The notes under the pieces were generated by a model. The model had not been told where the DNA came from. It saw only the letters and a list, made by a program, of their open reading frames with translations, and made no database searches. The position numbers were made by a program, and so were the translations under genes. Positions 27,217 to 41,300 of a DNA stretch of 64,000 bases are shown in pieces; the first letter of the stretch is position 1, and each line of letters begins with the position of its first letter. The stretch comes from Rotaria socialis. Lineage: Eukaryota. The DNA lies in assembly GCA_905331295.1 (NCBI GenBank), contig CAJNYD010000449.1, forward strand, positions 186,001 through 250,000, in the 5' to 3' direction.

Positions 27217-28372
27217 ATGGATCAAATTACATCGTCTTATTCGCTTATACCAACAACTGAACTTGATGGAAATCCCAATATTGCTGACCTTTGGTCATCA
27301 ACTAATGGATCTTATATGCAACAAATAACTAATCACAATAATAATATTAATAACAATATTCAACAAGCATCACCAAGTAATCCAACATTACAACCCCCTC
27401 CTAGTCTTGCTTATGCACGCCGTTATGCTGCATCAAAACCACCATATTCTTGTAAGTTCAGAAAAGCATTAAAAATGAATCTATAATAATTTTATTTTTT
27501 AAGATATTTCCTTAATTACGCACGCTATCAATGGTTCTCCTGATGGCATGTGTACATTATCACAAATCTATCAATATATTCAAGATCGGTATGCATACTA
27601 CCGACAAAATCAGCAACGTTGGCAAAATTCTATACGACATTCATTATCATTTAATGATTGTTTTGTTAAAGTTCCACGTAGTACAGATCGGCCTGGTAAA
27701 GGTTCATTCTGGGCTTTACATCCTGACAGTGGAAATATGTTTGAAAATGGTTGTTATTTACGGCGACAAAAACGTTTTAAAATAAAAGAGAGAATAAGAG
27801 ACCCAAATAAACCCAAAACAACCAATAAAGATAAAATAACAAATTCAAATTTGAATAAATCTCATTCATCATCATCACCACTTTCCGAAAATACAATAAG
27901 AGGAATGGATTCACCAGGTTCATCACCACGACAAGCAACAGCATCAGAATCCTTAACTTTACCATTACCACAACAATACTATCATCAATATTCGCAGATT
28001 CATCCATCACAAACAACATATTCAACTGAATCAATGCCTACTATTAAAACTGAGTATGTTCATAATCCAACACCATCATCATCATCATCATCCACAATTT
28101 ATACTCATCAAACATACGATCCAAATAATAATGGTTTACAATATTTAACTACAGAACCCAATCAACAATATTTTCATACAACTGATCAATCTTCATCACC
28201 ATTTCTTCATCAAATAGCACCACCAGGTACATTTCGTATTGATAATCTTATTAATGGTCAACCAGATTTTAAATCATTCTATTCAACAATGACTGGTCAT
28301 GAAACAACAAGTAATTTTTTGGATACAACAAATACTAATTATTATTATAATAATACAAATTCTTCATCTTAA
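27217..28372 (+). CDS. FoxA: Forkhead box A (HNF3/fork head) transcription factor, copy 1
   Basis: An intron at 27452..27503 restores [15 protein letters not shown]...[56 protein letters not shown]-terminal eh1-like FRIDNLI. Confidence 0.95.
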
Positions 28373-29774
28373 TTTCTTTATCTTGTTTTTTTTTTCGAGT
28401 TAACCTAGTCTCTCTTCATAATACAAAAGAAAAAACACAAAATTATGATCAAATTCTATGCGGTGTTTTTTTGTTTCTTCATTTTTTTCTTGTCTTCTCT
28501 ATATACTTGTGTGTGTGTGTGAGTGTATGTCAATATATATCTATATGTGCAATTTCTTATTCTCAGCAACAAAAGACATGATTGTCAAAATCTTGATTGA
28601 TCTTTTTTTCTTCTTTTCTTTCTTGGTTATCAATTTTCATCAGACAGGTAGCTCCAATAGAGGCACGTTCAGCAAACAACGAAGGAATATGTACGTGTGA
28701 GAGGGATTAGTCTATATATGAATATGGACATATGGTTAGACAAAAAACGCAGGGAATTTTGTCTATGCTATATGTGACATCCGCTTGTGAAAAATATCTA
28801 TCGTATCATGTAATCGATAGTATTTTGTTGACTAACTATCTAGTGATATCGGTTTGATTATCGACTCTTGTTTTTTCTTCTAGCGGTGAAATTGAGCCGC
28901 TTTTCTGATAATAATAATAATAATGAATTGAATTTATTAGATCTTCACTTTTTTTCCTTTTATTTGATGATGACAGAAGCTTTTTCTTTTATTCACTTAT
29001 AGTTATATTAGAATGAAGAACTGCTTTTCTATTTCGTCTTTGAGCAAATATTTGTTCCCTCTTATATACATCTATTCTCGACACACATTCACGCACATTA
29101 CGAATGATGACAACCACAGAAATTTTGTGCTACTATTTGGTTCGGTTTGTGTCTTTTTCGTGTCTCTCTCTCTCTCTCTCTCTCTGATGTATGCTCGCTC
29201 ATTGAAGCTTTTTCTTCTCTTTACACATTGTGTGTGTCGACGAGCCGCTCTATTTATAACAAACAAAACTTTAGTAGTAGTGAGGCGTATGTACACAGAA
29301 TCTCTCTCTTTTTTTCTCACTACTTGCTCACATAGTTAGTAGTGCACACACATACAACAGTATGAGACGAGTATAGTGTATACGATGATTTGAAAAAAAA
29401 TTGAGTTTTTCTTATTCCACATAAACTATTTAGACAAAAGGTAAGTTAGCAAGTTTGATAACATATAAATTGAAATGAAAGCTTTGAATATATTGAATAT
29501 AAGGCGGGACAAGAGATTATCTTTTCATACATGAAAAATAAAAATAGAGCATGTTCATTTTCATTTGTTTTTATCTCAATATCAATCTTAACGCCATGTC
29601 TACAGATGTAATAGTCTCCTTCAACTGATAAGAATTTTTTTTAAATACTTTTTTCATTCGTCGGGAAAGTTCACATATGAAAAAAAAACGCAATTTTTTT
29701 GACGAATCATATAACGAGATTTTTTTTTTATGTATTATAAAAACTACCCATGTCTTAGCCTTTGCCTTTTTTCA

Positions 29775-29806
<32 letters not shown>

Positions 29807-30578
29807 TGCCATTTACGCAGATAAGAAATCAAGCCCTTCTTCTTTCGTCTCTATTTTCTCTCTGTTGTTTTTTTTTGCTTGACTCAGGTTTTTCTTGACA
29901 ATCTATTGTAACTTGACTGCACACCACAATGACGACATTTTTAGACGAAATAGCACGTACACTTAATTTTTTCCCTGTACTCTTTCTTTCTTTCTTTCTT
30001 TCTCCTTGCCTCTTTCTTTTTCTCGTCTGTAATAGTTGAAAATGTGCAAGAGGAGAGAACAACTGATTCGTCGGTCGGATGGCTGAATTGTAATAAAAAC
30101 GGGCGCATATATGCAGCAAAATGTCTTGCTATGAAGGAGAAAAAAAAAGAAGAAGAGGAGAGCTTTTGATCGTGCTACGACGACAAACCCCGAAAGAAGA
30201 AAAAAAAGAACACGATAGAGAGAAAGAGAGAAAAAGGAGAGAATAGAAAGCAGACTTTTTGAGGGATTCATTTCCGTTTTTCTCTCTTTGCTCGACGGGG
30301 ATTCGTCGTATTGGCTGTTGTTGCCGTCATCGTTCACGTCGAAATATTTGTTTGTATTCGAATTGTCGTTGTCTACATTACACGCGAGCAATCAAACCAT
30401 CCTTTAATTTTTAAATAATGATCAAATAGTGGTCGAGACGACGGCCACCCATCAAGCCAAATACTTATTGACTTAGTGTGTTCTCTTTTTTTCCACGTAC
30501 AACGAGCACAGAAAGGAAAAATAAAAATCAAACAAAAGAATAACGAAGAAGAAGAACAAGAACAAGAGAAGAGCAAAA

Positions 30579-32161
30579 ATGAAAATGCACAATCATCAGA
30601 CTAGTATTGGTGATGAATCAACATCATCATCTTCATCCAATAATACTGCATCTGATTATAAGCCAGCAATAAATGAACTTTTAAGAATTCAACAACAGCA
30701 ACAACAACAACAGCAACAACAACATAGTATCATTGAATCACAACAATTAGATTATGCAACTCTTGTACCAGTTCAATCACTTGCAAGTACAAAAGTTGAA
30801 TTAGAAACACCCACAATGCACTATTATGACACTGCACAACCATTACCATCTTCGAATTATATGTTAACACAATCACCTTATGATTTAAATCATACTATCG
30901 ACAATGGTAATGGCGATTTAGTTTCATCTGGAGCACGTCAAACACAAACTACAACATCAACAGCATCGGGTAATCGCCGCGGTAATACGCCTTCTAAACC
31001 TCCTTATTCCTATATAAGTCTTATTACTATGGCCATACAACATGCGCCAACAGGCATGGTAACATTAAATGATATCTATCAATTTATTATGAATGTATTT
31101 CCATATTATCGACAAAATCAGCAACGTTGGCAAAATTCTATTCGACATTCATTATCGTTCAATGATTGTTTTGTTAAAGTTCCACGAGGGCCTGATCGGC
31201 CGGGTAAAGGTTCCTATTGGACATTACATCCTGACGCCGGTAATATGTTTGAAAATGGTTGTTATTTAAGGCGGCAAAAACGTTTTAAATGTACAAAACA
31301 AGCATCTAAAACTCGATCACGAACATCCAATAACGGACAACAACAACAGCAGCAATCTACATCGAGTATTAGATTAACAAATGTTAATAAAACTGATCCA
31401 TCGGCATCAAATACTGATGAATCAGATGATGAAAATGAATCTATTGAAAGTGGCAATGCTAGAGATGATGAACATCATCAAACAATGACTATGGATGGGC
31501 AAATTCATATGCCATTAACAAGAACATCATCAACTACTCCTACACATATTTCTCTTAATCATTCAACTGTAACTATTAATCATTTTACTGCACCTATACC
31601 AAAACTTTTATCAACAAATGAAGATACATATCGTCAACAAAATAGTAAGAATTTTTAAATGAAAAAAGAAAATAAAACAAGAAAAAACAACTTTAATTTG
31701 ATAATTTTTCTGTTTCAGACAATGGAGTTATGATTTCTCCTTCATCGAAACAACATGAAACCTGTCAATCAGTTCCTCGTTCTCCTCAAACTCATCTTCC
31801 TCATAATCATCATCATCATCTTCATCATCACTCACATCAACTTTACTCGAATGAACAACAACAACAGCAACAGCAACAACAGTTTCCTTCTATTCCCCAT
31901 ACACCTGTTTATGTTGATTTGCAACCATTTCCATCTAGTACAGCACCAGCAGATATTGTCTATTCTGATAATGGTCCAACACCACCAACAACATCATCCA
32001 CAAATTATTTTACAACTGAATCATCACCCTCAACGTCAACTAATTCACTTCATCCCCATGCATCATCTGGTTATTATTTTACACAATTTCCTGCAACGTC
32101 TTCATCATCAGTTATAACGAACAACAATGTCATTGACTATCAGCAGCCGGTTCGGCTTTAG
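30579..32161 (+). CDS. FoxA: Forkhead box A transcription factor, copy 2
   Basis: [16 protein letters not shown]...[16 protein letters not shown]...[22 protein letters not shown]. An intron at 31645..31718 joins ORFs 30579..31658 and 31730..32161 in frame. Contains polyQ and polyH tracts. Confidence 0.95.
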
Positions 32162-32286
32162 ACATATGAAAAGACAGCAACAAGAAAAAAACATATAGAA
32201 AAATCAAATCGACTAAGCAATACTGTGATGATGATGATGATGAAAAAGAACTAGAATGAATGATAATCATTAAATGTGTGTTTATG

Positions 32287-32289
<3 letters not shown>

Positions 32290-32318
<29 letters not shown>
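32290..32318. repeat. (GT)n microsatellite downstream of FoxA copy 2
   Basis: Directly visible run of gt dinucleotides. Similar (CT)n, (GA)n and (TA)n tracts occur across about 24.7-34.1 kb. Confidence 0.9.
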
Positions 32319-32319
<1 letters not shown>

Positions 32320-35300
32320 ATGCGTGTCTGTCTTCGTTCTAATTTATTCAGCTATGTCTTACAATGTGTACAGTGGATTCTTTATACTCTACCTCATCAT
32401 TGTTCTTTATTGCATCATTCATTCATTCATTCATTCATTCATATTCTTATTTGAGTACGATACCAGTATGCAACTTGTGAAGACATATTGTAGAAGGTTC
32501 AAGTAATAACGAGACAGGGGGCTTTTTCAATTGATTGATACTCAATTGATGCCGGTGGTGTTCCTCTTTTTAACCTCCTATTTCTCCTCCTTCCCATGTT
32601 TTTTTTTTCTAGTATACGAAACGAAAATGTTCTAGTGAAATTGACATGAACCTTACGGGGCTCTCCTTTCCTATTCAATTCATTCATTTTCATTCATTCA
32701 TTCCGCTACATACGCACAGAACACGGGAGAGAGAGACAGCCCAAAGCAAAAGAATAGTGATTGAAATTTTCTTTTTCGTGCAGGTTTCACCGCTGTCATT
32801 GTTACTGCTTGATACGATGAGTTCATAGAAGAAGAAAAAGAAGAAATTAAAGCTAATATACCGTCTGTTTTGTAGCTAGTTTAATTGTTGATCGGGGTGA
32901 CCTACTAGTAGCAAAGAGGGCAAGTGTCATTCATGCCATATAAAGAATAAATGAGGATCTATTCAAGAAGGATATTCAAATCATTTCAGTTTATTTTTGA
33001 AATTAAACAGGGGTTCATTGTTCTGTTTCATGTTAATGAGCTTTTGTATAGAAAAAAAAAGAAGCTTGATCAACAATATTAAAAATAAAGAAAATCTATT
33101 GTAACAATTGTATAATTATTTCATATGCAATTCATTGTAAATAAAACCTTTTTTTGCTCGTACCAATAATCATTCTTTGTCGATTTGTCATTATCGAATG
33201 TGAAAGATTAATTTTCGTGTATATCTTTATTGAATATTATCTAATCAAGACATTTGTGTTATATTCTTGTTGAGTTCAATTTGTATATTAATCTGTTCTA
33301 TATTCGTATTTCGTATTTTGGATGTGTTTTGTTTGTTAAATAAGAAAAGACGCTTATGAATAAATGAAGAAGAAAAAAAAACTATTCAACATAGAAATAC
33401 AAATATCAATATGTGTACATTGCTATTGCTTGATTTTAAGTTTTAGAATATCGATAGTGCTTGAAGCATAACTACTGTATAACTAGGTAACTTTCATTTT
33501 TGTTAGATTTCTTCAAGAAAAACAGATTTTATTTGCAATTCAAAGACTTGTTATTACGATTGTAATATATAGTTTGTGTTAAATTATGATTGGATAGAAA
33601 ATTGTCGGCATGTGAACGAACGAGAATAAAAGAAATAGAATATTTTTCCATTAGTCGACAATTCGACTTGTTGTTCTGCTGCTTTTTTTTCTTTATGTGA
33701 AAGTATGTGTAATGCCTGCTCGCACTTATAATTGCCTCGTTCTTTCGCTTTCCACTTGATAGTAAAATGTGCTATAGTGCATTCGCATGATTCTTGATAA
33801 GAAACGTAAGCATCTCTCTCGTTCTCTCTTGCTTCGAGATAAGGCTTCGTTTTTTTCGCTTATGCACAGTGCTCTTGAGAGGAGAGAACAGTTGTTGGGG
33901 TGGTGATGATGATGCTTGTAAGAGCAACCATATCGGTTGAAGCATAATAAAAACAACCTTGTCGACGTTTGTGTCGTTCTTGTCTATGCTTTACGAGAAA
34001 TATACTAAATGTAGTGAAAAAGTAAAGTGGACTGATTCAAGTGTGCGTATGGCATATACATTGCTATATCACATAAATCGCACCATTTTACTTTCTTTCT
34101 CTCTCTCTCTCTCTCTCTTATCTCCCTATTAAAAAACAACTGCAATGGACTAGCATATGACAGCTTTGAGTACTCATTCTCTATCCTTTTAGAGTTCGAT
34201 AGGATTACTTGCTCATTTTGGCATCTCGGATTTCGCCGCTGTTATCATTACTTTACGAATGTCATCGGATAGGCAAAGCGTGCGACATATACCTACACTC
34301 TAATGTCGATTGTTTGCGCAACGATTTAACAGGATTAATTTATCACAAGCTTTCATCAACGGTTACTCGGAGGAAAAAATGAACAGAAAAAAATTCAAAT
34401 CAGCTAAATATGATAAAATAAGAAAGAAAGAAAGAAAGAAAGAAAGAAACCGCTCGTTCTGTTTTGTCGAAGCTTTTAGTTTTATTCAAGAGATAATCTT
34501 TCGATTGATGCATTTCTCTGAAGATAAATATCATTTATTAAACAGTAATTAAAGAATATTCATAGTTACTAGATCATCTACGAGAAAATCAACAAAAACT
34601 AATTTTAATTAAGAAAATGAATTTAAACTCATATTATTGTTATAGAAATCTATTTTATATTCAACAAGATCAATTAAAATTTTGTTTAAACAAATAAATA
34701 ATCTGCAAATAAAATTACATTTGACTGAACGTCTTTTGGTGCGTGCATTGCATTATGACTCAGGAATGACTAGTAAGAAATATGCCATTTAAGAATGATA
34801 CGGTGTTTTAAGCATAAAATCAGAGCAAATAGTTGATTGAAGAGTGCAATCATTTTCCAAAGAAAACAGAATTGCTATATTCACGTGAATTTTTTTCTGA
34901 TTTATACCAGCTAGATATGTCTTCTTCATATTTCTCAAGGTCGCTGTAAAAATTTCAGACCATAACTAAAGTATATTCAAGATTCAATAAATGCAAAGTG
35001 TGCATATGAAAGTTTTCAACGTTTCTATATCATCCTATATTATTTCGAAATACCAGCACTCGACATTTTGACTTTTATTTCTTCATTACAAATCTACATT
35101 TCATCATGACAGACTTATTTTTCTATTTTATATGGATAATCTTGAATAATATTCTAGGGAAGTTGTATAGACATTTCTATTGAAATACCATGAATGTATA
35201 TTCTTCTCGATATGATATTTGACGCATAGAATTAAGCTTATACGAGTAAATTTTGTTTTCAGTCTGTATATATTTTAATGAAACTTTAATTCGACACAAC

Positions 35301-38300
35301 TAAGAAAAAAATTTACGATTCAAATATCGGACTAATTCATTTTGATTCAATAGAATAGCAGGTATAGTTAATTGTGAATGTATATTTAAAAGTAAGATGA
35401 ATTATTTAAATCAAAATATCAATGACATAAAGTCGATACCATCAAACTATTTTTAATGTAAGCTGTAATCACTTTATTATAAACATGAATGAACTTATAT
35501 TGAAGTACTGCTTTTGTGCCATCGACGAAATCAAGTATGCTCCATGTAATAACTAAAATTGATTAAGTTGATTTAGGAGAATGTTAATTGAAAGTGATCC
35601 TATTCGAAACGATATAAAAAAATATATTTGAGACATCTGTTAATCACAATAATATATTCCCAGATTGTTGATTGCTTAGCTATGGTCTACTCAAAATATG
35701 GATAAATCATGCGTGTCCGAATTTTATTTGTAAACGGAATTTTCAAATAAATGCTGTACGACTTAAACTGAACGAAGCATCAGATAATAAATTGAATATG
35801 AATATAGAAATATTTTAGCTAATTTGAAGAAGCGCACATTGATACGCAAGATACGAATAGAGATATTCAGCATATTTTATTTTTGCTTATTTAATGGAAT
35901 TACATCATGCTTGTGCCAGAACAAGTTCATATGTATTTTCATTCCCATTGATAGGAACGCATATTATATATTTACTTGAAAGAAGTTTTATTTCTTATGA
36001 ATCCTACATAATTAGTTCATGGTAATTTTTATTTCAACAGTAACAATTATTTATTTTTATGATAATTTTCAGTCAACCAAAAACCTATTGTTTCAATGAA
36101 AGTTACATACGATAGTTCTTGAATAAGTAATCAATATAAATAATACTAAATAGAAGAAAAATAGCCTTACTAGCTTTTAACATAAAGAAGAATACTAAAA
36201 TCAATAACCAATTTGTGTATTGCTCTAAATTATAGGAAAATTTTAATTCTAATTTTATGAAACACGATCTGAAAGGAGTGTTGAATTATATAGGATAGAA
36301 ATTAGGACCCATCCCCCGTCCCACCCCCCAGACCATGAATTCTTTGTAACTGCCTGTGATGGCCTCTACCGACTCCATAGATCAAAATACAGACCGTGAC
36401 CGAAAGACTACATGTATGATTACAGACAGTGGCAGAAAAGCTACAAAGACTCCGAAATCGTGCTAGATGAGTTCCAGCAAAGGAGTTCCATCGTGTGTCA
36501 CATTTTAATCCCAAAGGGACTGTGCTAACAGCTTTTTTAAAATGAAATACCAATATCAACTGAATAACTTGTACATTTCTCCTGATACACATTTACAGAG
36601 AATTTAGTTGAATACTTGAGACCATGGCTAAGTTCAGAGAAAAGTTCCTATAATTGAAAGCGTAATTCTATAGCTACTAGTGTAAGTTTATTGGATAGAT
36701 CATACGTATTATTATGTAAATTTTTATTGATTAAATAAATTATCAAACAGAAGATAGTTTTTCGTCGAGATTTTTGTCACTAGTATTGATTACAGCTAAA
36801 AATAGTATAGTACAATTTTATTTCTGTAGAATCCAACAATATAGTTCTAGAAATAATTACAAATCTTATCAATCAAACAAGAGTTGATGTCCTGAGAAAT
36901 ATCGGTACAACTATTCAATAGATCAAATTAAAATTTTCATGTCATAAATTTTTAAAGAGGTAATCTTTCTTTTAAAAACGTCATAAAATGTCACAAACTC
37001 TCTGTATTCATAAGAATACTTGATTTCCTCTTTCAATTAAGACTTATCGAAAGAATAGATTGATTGAATCACGACGGAACAAGCCAGAATACATTTTTTT
37101 TAATGTACTGTACGATCATGCCCGTAATTGTGAGTAGCTAGGATGTTTTTCGTGATTGACGACGTAATCGTAAGCAAAATTAAAATTCATTCTTGTAATC
37201 ACGAGTGACACTAGGATTATTTGATCAAAATTGTAATTCACACATTCTAATTCTTCAATATCTATTTCGATAAGCATTGCTCATGTCTTAATCAGAATAG
37301 CTCTGAGAATTTGAATAGTAATGAAATAAATAGCAGTCAGATGGCATGCTGGCTGATCTGGAATAACGAATTTTTAAAAATATAGAAATCTGTTTCAAAC
37401 ATAGTTTTCAAAGCTATAGAATTTCCAGCGAAAAAAAACGCAAAAAAGATGAGATATTCTTGGATTGGTTGATTCTATTCGAAATTTGGCATCTGTGTAA
37501 TCCATATTTTGAGATATATTCTTCGTCGAGTTTGCATAGTTGGCTTGAGCCTTATTAGAAAGTCTATTTTCTTTCTACAAAAAACGAAGAACTAACTCAA
37601 TTATCGTTACAAAGTTCTATCAGAACAAGAAATCTGTAATTCAGCAAAATGACTACAAGACGCTAAGTAATGTGACAAGCTATTTCTTCTGCTTATGATG
37701 TAGTTTTTGCTACGTAGATGTCATGGTAAGTGTAAAAACGAAACTACAAAAATATATGATGCGATCAGTATGTATGAGTATATCAGTAACTGCGTTTCAT
37801 AAGCTGTGCTAGACGGCAAATTGTAAGTAGCAATATTATGAATTTTATTTTTAGGTTTATTTTCTTGAAAGAAGGCGGAAATACTGCGATTAGCCGTTTG
37901 GATGTGGCCTTCAACGCCATGAATGAAGAGTAGAAATACCTATAGAACGATAAGATAGTGAAAGATACATTCTAGCACCATTTATAGAGTAAAATATTAA
38001 TTTATTTATGAATCACTTCGATTGGAAAATTTCATATTAACCAAAAACAAAAAAGAACGATTGAGGAATGTGTCACTACAAAAACAAAACATTTCATTCC
38101 ATGAAAGCGTTAGTCCCAATAGTATTTCTATCACAATAGAAGGTAAAGTATGTTATACATTCAAATAATCATAAGAATTTTTCCTGAATCATATTCAAAG
38201 ATATTAAATAGGCGAAAATGAAACATAATAGGAACAAAATGGTGATGAACAAAAAAGTTAAATGAATTTGAAAAATTATTGTTTTATTCAATTATTTTTA

Positions 38301-38302
38301 TC

Positions 38303-41300
38303 TTAATTCGTATAATGTTTGAAACGAAGTTGATGTTGTTTTGAAGTGGATACTGGTAAAGTTATATCGTTCAATGTCGAACGATATTTATTGTATAATT
38401 CTCGAGCAATCATAATTGAATCACCTAGAACATCAAGAAAAGTTTCTTTAAAATATAGATTTACAAGAAAATTACCGCGTGTAGTTGTAGGATAGATCTT
38501 TGCCTCTAACATAAAAAATGGTAATTCAGCTTCAAGAAACAAACGTTCACCCAACAGATGTGAATCAACTGGTTTACCCTGAATATGCACCATTTGAATG
38601 AAAAATAAATAAATAAAAAGTAATATATCATACTTCGACAATACTTTTCAGTATAACATCAAAGAACACATACCACCGAGGAGCATAATAACTATAAAGA
38701 AATATATAACATCAAGCAAATCAAAAAAAATAGTATAACCACTTAAAATGTAATAGATTTTTATTATTTTATATAGTTACATTATTCAGTCTGAAATCAG
38801 AGAATGAAATACTAATTGATGTATTCAAAACTTTAGATCCTATCTGAATCCACTGGATGTAAAATTGTGAGTCTCTATCTTTAGAAGTGAATAAAAAAAC
38901 TATCATACATACTCTTGAATCATTCCCGACCAAAATTTACGTGCATAATCAAAAAGTCCTAATGTATAATTATTTCCCCATATTGATACTTGAAGTTTAG
39001 CATTCAAATTATAAAAATGAATTTCTTCTTCACTTGTTGCAAATTGTAAAGCATCGCCAACCCAATTACCTAATAAAAATCGACGATCTGAAGCTAATAC
39101 CATTTCCATATCAGCCAAAATATCAACAAGAATAGCAGCTTGAGTACTGAAAAGAATTGAAATATTCGTAATACATAGCGTATCATTATATAATTGCAAA
39201 CCTAACACCGTAGAGGTCAGCTCGCTTATAAGCAGCTATCAATTCAGTATGAATAGTAGCAAATTTATACTGAAGTACTTCTTTAGTAATATCTACTAAA
39301 TCGTAACGAAATAAATCTGAATCGATTTCACTGGATGCATCAACTAACAGTTCCCAAGCCAACGATAAAGAACTGAGATCGAAGTGGGCCTAGTAGACAA
39401 ACAGAAAAAACAATTGTCTCTATTTCATAATTATACAAACTATATGACACAACTTACAACTTGCTGTCCATCAAGTCCTGGTCTACCTAACATTAACGTG
39501 TCAGCACCGTGTGGATTATTGTGATAAACTGAATTTCCTAATAATTGCCATGCATACAATGCTGAACTTGGTATGGCATCAGTACTTGTATATCGACGCA
39601 TTACAAAGTTGACTAACCTTAATAAAATAACATTTTTTGTGTATAAAAACAAAGAAATTTGAATACAGTTACCATTCATCTAATGCGCCATCGCTCAAGG
39701 GAGAGCGCCATGACTGTTCCAGTGCGAATTCATACATAATTTCGTTTTGATTTATACCTTCCATTGTGATACCAACGCCTATCATATATTGACCTGAATA
39801 GTTACGAGCAGCTTGTGGTCCCTAAAACTGATATTCGGTATTTCTCGTATTATATATAGATTTAGTTACATCATTAACATTGACAAGACTGCCAAATAAG
39901 TCATTATTACCACCAAAATCGTGTAACATATTCCATATATAAAAATGTCCATAGAATGATTCAAAACGTGGATATTGTGGCCGAGCTTCAGAAAACAGAT
40001 CCAATAAAATCATATTACCCTTAAATGAGATATTTAAATTTAAATTATAATACATAGAAGATAATTAATCGATTTTATTTTTACTGGAGGAACTTTGCTT
40101 AGATAACTTTTTACACGATCAGTTGTCCAAAAGTCCGAAAGAAATAACCAAGCTTGCATCACCCTAAATTATCAATGGCAAAACGTTATAGTTGACGCTA
40201 GTAAAAACTCACCAAACAGCACTAGGATCAACCATTTGCATAGTCTGAAAAATGCCTGCGTTGACATCGGCCAAATAATTGAGATCACTGTTGTAATATA
40301 TTTAACTATACAGTAATGTGCAAGAATTCAAACATACCTAACTGGTGGAGTCATCTCATTGAATAGATCACATGAATAGTAATGTGACGTTATATTGAGA
40401 GAAATAATTGTCTAAAATAATTTTTTTTAATTCGGCTGTTCTCGAAATAAAATCCATCAATTACAATCTATAGATATGATTATATTCCACTTTTAGTACT
40501 ACATACTATTTTAAGATCAACTATCTTCATACGAAAATGATAACCGTGTAGAGTAGCGTTCAAGAATTTCTCTAATCAAACTACAATGTGAACGAAACTT
40601 CGAATACAGTTTTGTCGAAACTTTTTTTCTAGTCGTTGTTTTTATTATTCAAAAAACCGAAAAGTTCACAAAGCAACGTACCTCATTTAATAGTGCAACA
40701 CCAACTTGTTTGAAAATTGGATCAGTTGGATCAAGATATACCATACTAAAATTAATTATGAAATTTTGCTTGTTTTTATATCTATCACGTACACTATTAC
40801 TTACCAAGATTCATTACATCCAAAGCCAACCCAGTCGGACGAATTATAGAATTTTGCTGTAGGAAAAAGTCTAAAGAATAAATACTATAATCTGTTACTT
40901 CCGTAATAATGCTAGTACAAAAAAAGCGATAATTATAACATATTATGAATGAAACAAAAAAGGTTTTCTATCAGTATTCGTAAATGAAAAAGAATCATCG
41001 AGTACTATTCAAACAGATGATCTAACTTTGTAAAATATAGTTGAATAGACTACTAGATTGAACCATAAAGTAACCATCAAAAGCAACTTACTTTGGTGCA
41101 CTGCGAGGCATAAAACCAGTAAAAGCAGGTAGGACTGGTATGATTTCAATATCAGTCATTCGTCGAATGATTTGCTGAGCAAGTTCAAATTGAGATGCAT
41201 GCCACTTTCGTGATAGTGGACCAGCATGCTTTTGAAGATTACCCATACGGTGCCTTTTATTCATATGAAAACAATCATTCACTAGTATCTCAAAGAAAAA

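Noticed and set aside
24498..30576. Many short F/L/S- or R/K/E-rich ORFs around the FoxA genes
   Set aside because: They are translations of CT, GA and CTT microsatellites and poly-T/A tracts, with no splice-consistent structure or known motif.
32860..32925. Possible hairpin or miRNA precursor downstream of FoxA copy 2
   Set aside because: Pairing is short and irregular, and it matches no miRNA I recognise.
36302..36592. Minus-strand 96-aa ORF over the GC-rich island
   Set aside because: The plus-strand frame shows the more coherent codon pattern, so the minus ORF is probably its shadow.
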